From Candidatus Saccharimonadota bacterium (GTDB taxonomy: Bacteria > Patescibacteriota > Gracilibacteria > UBA4473), in assembly GCA_020632335.1 (NCBI GenBank), contig JACKFV010000002.1, positions 30,001 through 62,000 of the forward strand: a stretch of 32,000 nt of DNA. The letters are read 5' to 3'. Below, piece after piece: positions 25,755 to 32,000 of the stretch (position 1 is its first letter; each line of letters opens with the position of its first letter). Both the position numbers and the translations under genes were made by a program. The notes below the pieces were generated by a model. That model worked only from the letters and a program-made list of their open reading frames with translations, was not told the origin of the DNA and ran no database searches.

Positions 25755-26018
25755 ATGGAAAATCTAGAACAAGAAATACTCAGAATTAAAGAAAGAAATC
25801 AACAGAAAGAATGGGATAAGGCATGGGAAACTTCTCTTTTTCGAAAAGTTGTAATAGCTATTCTCACTTACTTGGTAATAGTACTTTTCTTCTATTTTGC
25901 TGAACTTCCTTCACCATTTATAAATGCAGTAGTTCCCACTCTAGGATTCGTACTTAGTACCCTCTCCTTACCTCTATTTAAAAGGGTTTGGCTCAGATAC
26001 TTTCATCAAGACAAGTAA
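25755..26018 (+). CDS. small membrane protein, 87 aa (cassette ORF 2): N-terminal coiled-coil-like segment plus 2 TM helices
   Basis: MENLEQEILRIKERNQQKEWDKAWETS..., then hydrophobic VVIAILTYLVIVLFFYF and VVPTLGFVLSTLSLPLF. The stop TAA lies inside junction copy 2. Confidence 0.6.
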   Translation: MENLEQEILRIKERNQQKEWDKAWETSLFRKVVIAILTYLVIVLFFYFAELPSPFINAVVPTLGFVLSTLSLPLFKRVWLRYFHQDK

Positions 26019-26064
26019 GGGTAGTGGCAAATTGCCTCCACCCCTGTTCGTGACAATTTGTCAC
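26015..26064 (+). repeat. cassette junction element, copy 2
   Basis: GTAAGGGTAGTGGCAAATTGCCTCC (26015-26039, one G shorter than copy 1) plus CGTGACAATTTGTCAC (26049-26064). Confidence 0.65.
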
Positions 26065-26089
26065 AGTCTGAAATACCTCAATCTCAAGA

Positions 26090-26120
26090 GGGGGACAATT
26101 TGTCCCCCTCCTTTTCTATT
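26090..26120 (+). terminator. hairpin GGGGGACAA-T-TTGTCCCCC followed by a T-rich tract; candidate terminator of ORF2, related to the junction palindromes
   Basis: 9-bp arms at 26090-26108 share the core GACAATTTGTC with 26052-26062. Followed by tccTTTTcTaTT. Confidence 0.5.
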
Positions 26121-26133
26121 CGTGACACTCCGT

Positions 26134-26196
26134 CCGTCTGGTTGAGGGGTCAATTGCTGTCTTCCCCATGCCCACCATTGCATGTTATGACACATA
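26134..26196 (+). repeat. att-like repeat copy C (decayed tRNA-Met 3' segment)
   Basis: CCGTCTGGTTGAGGGG-TCAATT-GCTGTCTTCCCCAT-GCCCACCATT-gcatg-TTATGACACATA. GCCCACCATTG at 26170-26180 is identical to 25724-25734. Confidence 0.6.
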
Positions 26197-26283
26197 ATGA
26201 TGAATAGAGAAGTAGAAGAAAGTACTTCTGGAAACAATTCTTTCAATAGACTATTGCAAAGAGGAATTACACCATCATTATGA
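26197..26283 (+). CDS. very short ORF, 28 aa (cassette ORF 3, possibly a remnant)
   Basis: ATGATG... encodes MMNREVEESTSGNNSFNRLLQRGITPSL*, hand-translated. It occupies the same position relative to att-like copy C as ORF1 and ORF2 do to copies A and B. It is too short to support on its own. Confidence 0.2.
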   Translation: MMNREVEESTSGNNSFNRLLQRGITPSL

Positions 26284-26359
26284 TTCTTTCAAAGCCATTT
26301 TTGCAGTATTTTAATAGAAGTCTACAACTATTGCATTGTGAAGTATCATCCCTTGATCC

Positions 26360-26387
26360 TTGCACTCGGGGCGCTTTTCAGTAGAGA
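26360..26387 (+). promoter_or_regulatory. candidate elp3 promoter: TTGCAC-16 nt-TAGAGA, 6 nt before the ATG
   Basis: TTGCAC at 26360-26365, TAGAGA at 26382-26387, then ggcact-ATG(26394). Confidence 0.4.
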
Positions 26388-26393
26388 GGCACT

Positions 26394-28178
26394 ATGAGCC
26401 TGCGCATCGCCAAGGACGCCTCTGGGCAGTATGTACACACGCCCTCTATGGAGGCGAAAAAGCACAAGATTGCCAGCTTTGGCACGCGTCAGCGGGTGGA
26501 GAATACCGCGGTGGTGGAGCGGTTCTTGCGCGAACTGGTGGCGGATATCCCCCCGGATAAGAAGACGCTCGAGCAGCGCAAGTACACTTTTGCGGCGGCG
26601 GAGCAGCTCCCACTCATCGAGAACCGGGACCTCATCGCCATCGCGCAGCAGTGGGAGCAGCAGGGGAATCCTGTACCAGAGACGCTCCTCCAACTGCTGC
26701 GGAAGCGCTCCGTGCGGACCATCAGCGGGGTCAGCCCCATTGGCATCCTCACCAAGCCCTACCCCTGCCCCGGCAAGTGCGTCTACTGCCCGACGGAAGA
26801 CCGCATGCCCAAAAGCTACATGAGCAACCAGCCCGCCGCGGCACGCGCCCTGCGGAATAAATTTCACCCCTATGACCAGGTCATCAACCGGCTGCACGCG
26901 CTGGAGGACAGCGGCCACCCCGTCAGCAAGCTGGAGGTGATCGTCATGGGCGGCACCTGGAGCTTCCTCCCCAAGAAATACCAGAGCTGGTACTGCAAGA
27001 AAATCTACGACGCGGCCAATGATGACGGGCGCGTACACGCCACGCACAAGAGTCTCTCGGCCAGCCAGCACGCTAATGAGACCGCTGCACGCAAGATCAT
27101 CGGGCTGACGCTGGAGACGCGCCCGGATTTCATCACCCCCAAGGAGCTCTACCGTATGCGCCAGTACGGCTGCACGAGGATAGAGATCGGGGTACAGACG
27201 CTGGACGACACGGTGCAAACCCTCACCAAACGGGGGCACAAGAAGGCCGAGGTAGTACGCGCTATGCGGCTGATGAAGGACTACGGGTTCAAGGTCTGCT
27301 GGCACCTGATGCCCGGGCTACCCGGCTCTACGCCCGAGAAGGACCTGCAGTGGCTGCGTGAGGTATTCGAGGACCCCGACTGCCGCCCGGACTTTGTGAA
27401 GATCTACCCCTGTGTGGTGCTGGAGACCGCTGAGCTGAAGCAGTGGTGGCAAGAGGGCCGCTACCAGCCCTACACCGACGAGCAGCTCATCAAGCTGCTG
27501 CTGCAGTTCAAGACCTTTGTACCGCCCTGGACGCGCGTCATGCGGCTGATGCGCGACATCCCCGTGACCAACATCCTCGACGGGGCCAAGTTCTCTAACC
27601 TTCGGCAGATACTGCGGTCTCAGCCCGAGAAGCTGCGCGAGATAGTAGGGGAGCAGTGGTACACCGCCTACCAGGCCGAGCGAGCCGAAGAGTCGGGGAG
27701 CTGGCCCTGCCGGTGCATCCGTTGTAGAGAGATTGGCTTCCAGAGCTTTGCCACCGCGGCAGAGGTGCCCGTGCCGGTGCTCAAACGCCGCAGCTATAGC
27801 GCCAGTGGGGGCACGGAGGAGTTTCTCAGCTTTGAGAGCGAGGACGAGCAGCACCTCTTTGCCCTGCTACGGCTACGGCGCCCCAGTGGGAAGAGCCCAC
27901 TACTACAGTGGGAGGGCATACTGGGGGAGGGCTGCGCGCTCATCCGTGAGGTGCACAGCTATGGGAGTGAGATCGCCGTGGGAGACAGTGCCGGAGTGGG
28001 GCAGCACCGCGGACTGGGCACACGACTCATGCACGAAGCCGAGCGCTTAGCGCGGGAGGAGTGGGGTTGCCACACCATGACGGTCATCGCGGGGGTGGGC
28101 ACGCGGGACTACTACCGCAGGTTTGGCTATACCCTCCAGCATACGTATATGGTCAAGCGTCTACTCCAGAGCCACTAG
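26394..28178 (+). CDS. elp3: Elp3-type tRNA uridine(34) modification enzyme (radical SAM plus GNAT acetyltransferase)
   Basis: Radical-SAM cluster motif in SGVSPIGILTKPYPCPGKCVYCP. Central TIM-barrel-like region (RIEIGVQTLDD). C-terminal GNAT acetyl-CoA motif QHRGLGTRLMHEAERLA. 594 aa. Confidence 0.85.
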   Translation: MSLRIAKDASGQYVHTPSMEAKKHKIASFGTRQRVENTAVVERFLRELVADIPPDKKTLEQRKYTFAAAEQLPLIENRDLIAIAQQWEQQGNPVPETLLQLLRKRSVRTISGVSPIGILTKPYPCPGKCVYCPTEDRMPKSYMSNQPAAARALRNKFHPYDQVINRLHALEDSGHPVSKLEVIVMGGTWSFLPKKYQSWYCKKIYDAANDDGRVHATHKSLSASQHANETAARKIIGLTLETRPDFITPKELYRMRQYGCTRIEIGVQTLDDTVQTLTKRGHKKAEVVRAMRLMKDYGFKVCWHLMPGLPGSTPEKDLQWLREVFEDPDCRPDFVKIYPCVVLETAELKQWWQEGRYQPYTDEQLIKLLLQFKTFVPPWTRVMRLMRDIPVTNILDGAKFSNLRQILRSQPEKLREIVGEQWYTAYQAERAEESGSWPCRCIRCREIGFQSFATAAEVPVPVLKRRSYSASGGTEEFLSFESEDEQHLFALLRLRRPSGKSPLLQWEGILGEGCALIREVHSYGSEIAVGDSAGVGQHRGLGTRLMHEAERLAREEWGCHTMTVIAGVGTRDYYRRFGYTLQHTYMVKRLLQSH

Positions 28179-29395
28179 AGCCGACCCCGTAGCCAGAGCG
28201 CCTCGGCAATGCGCTGCATACTGAGGATAAAGGCCCCCATACGCAGAGAAGTGCGGTGCTGCGTGGCCATAGCAGAGACGTCGCTCAGGGCCTGCTGCAT
28301 GGTGTGGGTGAGCTTCTCGTACACTGTCTCAGCGCTCCAGCGGTCACCACTGCGGTTCTGTACCCACTCGTAATAGCTCACCGTCACGCCACCGGCATTA
28401 GCCAGTATGTCGGGGATAACCGTTATCTGTCGCTCCTCCAGCACCGTATCAGCCGTGGCCGTCACCGGGCCGTTAGCTAGCTCTACTATCTGCGCCGCCT
28501 GCACCAGCGCCGCGTTACCATCATGCACCACGCCGTCCAGCGCAGCCAGCACCAGGGTATCTACTGGTAGGGTAAGCAGCTCCTCGTTGCTGATGGGCTG
28601 CCCCACCGGGTGCTGCGTGACACTCCCGTGTTGTTTTTTAGTGGTCTGTACCGCAGAGACGTCCAGCCCCTCCGGTGCATAGAGGCCCCCGCGGCTGTCG
28701 CTCACGGCCACTATGCGCATGCCCGCCGCAGCCGCCAGGAGCGCAAAGTGCATCCCGGCATTCCCAAAGCCCTGTACCGCGACCGTCCTCCCCACAAGCT
28801 TCTCGGCCCCCAGGTGCTGCGCCAGTACCGCAAAGCCCCCCTGGCTGGTGGCCGTCCCTCGCCCAGCGCTGCCCCCCAGCATCAGTGGTTTGCCCGTGAT
28901 GAACCCGGGAGAGCTATAGCCCAGGATTTTCTCGTGCTCGTCCAGCATCCAGGCCATGATCTCGGGCGTGGTGTAGACGTCCGGCGCGGGGATGTCCCGG
29001 TCCACTCCAGCGATGTTCTCTTCGGTCAGCCAGCGGCTATAGGCACGGCTGAGCTGCTCCAGCGCCTCTCGGCTCAGTGTCTTGGGGTCTACCTGGACGC
29101 CGCCCTTGCCCCCACCGAGGGGAATGCCCACCACCGCACACTTCAGGCTCATGAGGCTAGCGAGGGTCATCACCTCTGCCTCATTGGCCTCCGGGTGGAA
29201 GCGAATCCCGCCCTTGTACGGCCCCCGGGCACTGCTGTGCTGCACCCGGTACGCGGGGTAACGCTGCCCAGCCACTGAGAGGGTAGTACGGTGCAGGTGC
29301 TCTATGGTCTCCAGCTGCTGGAGGAGCGATGGCGGGAATCCTCCCAGCGTGTGCGCCCGGTGCAGATGGTGGCGGAAGGTATCATAGGGGTTCAT
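28175..29395 (-). CDS. gdh: Glu/Leu/Phe/Val dehydrogenase family protein, probably glutamate dehydrogenase
   Basis: Catalytic region GIPLGGGKGGVQVDP and dinucleotide fold VAVQGFGNAGMHFA. 406 aa. The stop overlaps the elp3 stop by 4 nt (convergent). Confidence 0.88.
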   Translation of the reverse strand: MNPYDTFRHHLHRAHTLGGFPPSLLQQLETIEHLHRTTLSVAGQRYPAYRVQHSSARGPYKGGIRFHPEANEAEVMTLASLMSLKCAVVGIPLGGGKGGVQVDPKTLSREALEQLSRAYSRWLTEENIAGVDRDIPAPDVYTTPEIMAWMLDEHEKILGYSSPGFITGKPLMLGGSAGRGTATSQGGFAVLAQHLGAEKLVGRTVAVQGFGNAGMHFALLAAAAGMRIVAVSDSRGGLYAPEGLDVSAVQTTKKQHGSVTQHPVGQPISNEELLTLPVDTLVLAALDGVVHDGNAALVQAAQIVELANGPVTATADTVLEERQITVIPDILANAGGVTVSYYEWVQNRSGDRWSAETVYEKLTHTMQQALSDVSAMATQHRTSLRMGAFILSMQRIAEALWLRGRL

Positions 29396-29449
29396 GGGGA
29401 GGGGAGATATATCCCCACTCTAGGCCCTGTACACCTCATGACAAGCCAC

Positions 29450-32000
29450 CTATGAGAAGCTCTGGTGAAACTGCCTATACTGCTTCCACCCCTCACGGAA
29501 GAGAATCGGCACCACGCTGGCTATGCCCACAACTCCCCAGTCCTGTATCCCCAGCGGTACGGTGCCGAGGATACGGTTCAGCCACGGGAGGTAAAGCATG
29601 AGCAGCACCAGCAGCACTGAGCTGAGCACCGACACCAGTAAGAAGCTATTATCCCAGAACCGTCGGGTGAGGGGAGCGGTGTCACTCCGTGCACTGAAGA
29701 CATTCAGCAGCTGTACCATCACCAGCGCGCTAAAGGCCACCGTCTGCGCGTGCTCGGTGTGGGTAAGCGCCCGCCAGGTCTCTCCCGCGCTGAAGACCGC
29801 ATCGCCATAGAGGGTATAGATGTACGCCGCCACCACACTCAGACCAATGAGCGCCCCCATGAGAGCAAAACTCCACACAAAGCCCCCACGCATCATGCGG
29901 GCTTTCGGGTCACGTGGGGGGTGGGTCATGAGGTTTTTCTCGGCGGTGTCCGTCCCCAGCGCAATCGCCGGGAGGATATCCGTCCCCAGGTCTACACAGA
30001 GAATAAGCACGGCCGTCAGCGGCAGAGGGAACTGGAAGATAATCGCCGCAAAGATGGTGATCAGCTCCCCGATGTTGCAGCTGAAGATAAACCAGACGCA
30101 CTTTTTCAGGTTGCCGTAGATCCGCCGGCCCTCGCCCACCGCCGTGACGATGCTCGCAAAGGAGTCGTCTTGCAGTACCATGGTCGCGGCTTCTTTGCTC
30201 ACCTCCGTCCCCGTGATGCCCATAGCAACGCCGATATCTGCCTTCTTCAGCGCTGGGGCGTCGTTCACGCCATCACCCGTCATGGCCACTACTTCGCCCA
30301 GGTCTTGCAGCAGGCTGACGATACGCCGCTTCTGCGCTGGGAGTGCGCGCGCGATGATCACCGCCTTACTCCTCTCTCGCAAGATCTCCTGCAGCTGCTG
30401 GTCGCTCATAGCGTCTACGTCAGTGCCCGTGAGCACCAGGTCATTGTTCTCATAGACGATCCCCAGCTCCGACGCTATCGCCCGTGCCGTGATGCCATAG
30501 TCGCCCGTGATGACGATCACCCGCACGCCTGCATAGCGGCACTGCGCCACCGCGTCGCGCACCTCGCTACGGGGGGGGTCTATCATCCCGATGAGCCCGA
30601 GGAAGACGAGCGCGCTCTCGGCCTCAGCCTCAGTGCTGGGGGAGAGTGTCACGCTCTTCTCGGCAAAGGCCAGCACCCGCAACGCATTCTCGGCCATGTG
30701 GCGGTAGTGCTGCTGGATCTCAGCGCGTTTGGCGTCGGTCATGGGCTGCACGGCGTTCCCGTCATGGTAGTGCATGCAGCGCTCCAGCACTGCATCGGGC
30801 GAGCCCTTCACTCGCACGGTACCCCCCGCCACCGTACTCATCATCTTGCGCTCAGCGTCAAAGGGGAATCGCAGCTCTGCACGCGGCTCCGCGGGGTGAT
30901 TGGCCTTGCGTGCTAGGGTCAGCAGGGCGCCCTCAGTGGGGTCTCCCAGCACCATGTACTGGCCCTGGTGCTCCTGCAGTGTGGCGTCATTACACTGGTC
31001 TGCCACCGCGTAGAGCTTCTCGAGCAGGGCATTATGCGCCCGGGCGCCGTCGGTCAGGGGGGTGACGTCCCCTATATGTGGGTCATACCCCACACCACTC
31101 ACCTGGTAGAGCGAGCCGTCACTCAGCATAATGGAGCGTACGGTCATCTCGTTTTTGGTCAGGGTACCGGTCTTATCCGAGCAGATAGTACTCACGGCCC
31201 CCAGGGTCTCTACACCGCTCAGGCGCTTCATGATGGCATGCTTGCGCGCCAGCACCCCCGCCCCCAGTGCCAGGGCTATGGTGATGGTTGTCGGCAGCCC
31301 CTCCGGCACGGCAGCAATGGCCACCGAGACCGAGAAGAGCAGGCTATCCACCATGCCCTGGAGATTCCACCCATAGCGCCAGAGTCCTACAAAGAAGAGC
31401 ACCACGCACAGCACCAGCGTCACCTTGGCCACAAAGACCCCTATGGTAAGCAGCTCCTTCTGCAGCGGACTCGGGGTTTGCTCGGTACTGGTGGTCAGCG
31501 CGGCTATCTCGCCAAACTGCGTGGCCATGCCCGTGGCCTGCACCTGCATGATGCCACTGCCCTTCACCACGCTGGTACCCATGAAGACGCTGTCCTCGGT
31601 GTCCTTGCCCACCGGCAGGCTTTCTCCCGTCAGCGCGGCCTCGCTCACCCGCAGCTGCGCACTCTCCCGCAGCACCCCATCTGCCGGAACTTTATCTCCC
31701 TCACTGAGGATAACGATGTCTCCGGGGACTATCTGGGTCGTGTCGATGAGCTGCTCCTGCCCGTCACGCACTACCCGTATAGTGGGGTGTACCATCTGCT
31801 TGAGCGCCTCGAGGGTCTTCTCAGTGCGGTACTCCTGGAGGAAGCCAATAGCGCCATTAAGCACCACAATGCCCATGATAACGATGCTGTCGGTGGTCTC
31901 GCCGAGGAGAAACGCCAGCACCCCCGCCACCAGCAAGATGATCACCAGCACGTCGGTAAACTGCCGCAGGAGGATCTTCCACCAGGTATTGGGGTTCTGC
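29450..32000 (-). CDS. P-type cation-transporting ATPase (P2, Ca2+-ATPase-like), N-terminus outside the window
   Basis: TGES (LTGESLPV), phosphorylation site CSDKTGTLT, hinge TGDGVNDAPALKKADIGVAMG. The reading frame stays open upstream of the listed Met (31951) to the window edge (...WWKILLRQFTDVLVIILL). Confidence 0.9.
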   Translation of the reverse strand, partial: QNPNTWWKILLRQFTDVLVIILLVAGVLAFLLGETTDSIVIMGIVVLNGAIGFLQEYRTEKTLEALKQMVHPTIRVVRDGQEQLIDTTQIVPGDIVILSEGDKVPADGVLRESAQLRVSEAALTGESLPVGKDTEDSVFMGTSVVKGSGIMQVQATGMATQFGEIAALTTSTEQTPSPLQKELLTIGVFVAKVTLVLCVVLFFVGLWRYGWNLQGMVDSLLFSVSVAIAAVPEGLPTTITIALALGAGVLARKHAIMKRLSGVETLGAVSTICSDKTGTLTKNEMTVRSIMLSDGSLYQVSGVGYDPHIGDVTPLTDGARAHNALLEKLYAVADQCNDATLQEHQGQYMVLGDPTEGALLTLARKANHPAEPRAELRFPFDAERKMMSTVAGGTVRVKGSPDAVLERCMHYHDGNAVQPMTDAKRAEIQQHYRHMAENALRVLAFAEKSVTLSPSTEAEAESALVFLGLIGMIDPPRSEVRDAVAQCRYAGVRVIVITGDYGITARAIASELGIVYENNDLVLTGTDVDAMSDQQLQEILRERSKAVIIARALPAQKRRIVSLLQDLGEVVAMTGDGVNDAPALKKADIGVAMGITGTEVSKEAATMVLQDDSFASIVTAVGEGRRIYGNLKKCVWFIFSCNIGELITIFAAIIFQFPLPLTAVLILCVDLGTDILPAIALGTDTAEKNLMTHPPRDPKARMMRGGFVWSFALMGALIGLSVVAAYIYTLYGDAVFSAGETWRALTHTEHAQTVAFSALVMVQLLNVFSARSDTAPLTRRFWDNSFLLVSVLSSVLLVLLMLYLPWLNRILGTVPLGIQDWGVVGIASVVPILFREGWKQYRQFHQSFS

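Larger units (their letters stand above)
24819..26350. mobile_element. low-GC insertion at the 3' end of tRNA-Met: putative degraded integrative element(s) or cassette array, no recombinase present
   Basis: The G+C drop begins at the tRNA CCA (18/60 in line 24841-24900). Two extra decayed copies of the tRNA 3' segment lie inside. Three orphan ORFs and duplicated junction elements are present. High GC resumes at the elp3 promoter. Confidence 0.5.

Noticed and set aside
24790-26196. The three repeats could be a CRISPR array
   Set aside because: The spacing is irregular (about 900 and 450 nt). The intervening DNA encodes ORFs, the repeats are imperfect and tRNA-derived, and there are no cas genes.
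24819-26350. A classical integron cassette array or CALIN (attC sites without an integrase)
   Set aside because: I could not find the attC core sites (GTTRRRY and its RYYYAAC complement) at the cassette boundaries. The nearest match is GTTGAGG at 26141-26147, which fails the final Y. There is no intI. The boundary repeats are tRNA-derived, which is not an integron property. Only the modular logic is similar.
26346-27305. 319-aa ORF on the minus strand
   Set aside because: It is antisense to elp3 (radical-SAM motif on the plus strand). It has no motif and a shadow-ORF composition.
29750-30916. 388-aa ORF on the plus strand
   Set aside because: It is antisense to the P-type ATPase (DKTGTLT and GDGVNDAPAL on the minus strand). 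It is a shadow ORF.
7786-32000. A possible calcium-handling gene cluster (Excalibur protein, CaCA exchanger, P-type Ca-ATPase-like pump)
   Set aside because: The three genes are 7-14 kb apart, lie in separate transcription units on different strands, and are interspersed with unrelated housekeeping genes. Nothing in the sequence links them, and the ion specificity of the ATPase cannot be read from motifs alone.
1-32000. An alternative genetic code (for example UGA reassignment), given the unusual lineage signals
   Set aside because: Conserved genes end at normal lengths on TGA (ligA, the desulfurase), TAG (der, fusA, tilS) and TAA. No in-frame stops interrupt recognisable domains.

Overview
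This is a compact, high-GC bacterial chromosome segment. Hand counts of sample 60-nt lines give about 58% G+C, for example 35/60 at 24241-24300. The standard genetic code applies, since TAG, TGA and TAA all terminate recognisable conserved genes.

Most of the window is housekeeping. In order: der, an M23 peptidase with SLH repeats, ligA, a hypothetical convergent gene pair, tilS, an Excalibur-domain membrane protein, a GH15 glycosidase plus ROK kinase operon, gatA followed by a VWA/SLH surface protein, a CaCA exchanger, an M42 peptidase, pyrG, a class-V cysteine desulfurase, tRNA-Gly(UCC) and tRNA-Tyr(GUA), a short ComEC, rplS, fusA, tRNA-Met(CAU), an Elp3-type radical-SAM/GNAT enzyme, gdh, and a P-type cation ATPase that runs off the right edge.

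Three sharply low-GC patches (25-30% in hand-counted lines) interrupt this backbone, at 1-135, about 14.5-15.1 kb, and 24.82-26.35 kb.

The third patch is the best candidate for something new. It abuts tRNA-Met and holds two further decayed copies of the tRNA 3' segment. Each copy sits just upstream of an orphan ORF. ORF1 and ORF2 each end in the same palindrome-rich junction of about 50 nt. This gives a cassette-like modular array with no recombinase in view.

A second window-wide signal is a leaderless-type promoter layout. A -10-like hexamer sits exactly 6 nt (twice 8 nt) upstream of the start codon of at least 11 transcription units, with no Shine-Dalgarno sequence.

The long antisense ORFs in the ORF track are GC-driven shadows. 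Taxonomy cannot be assigned from the sequence alone.
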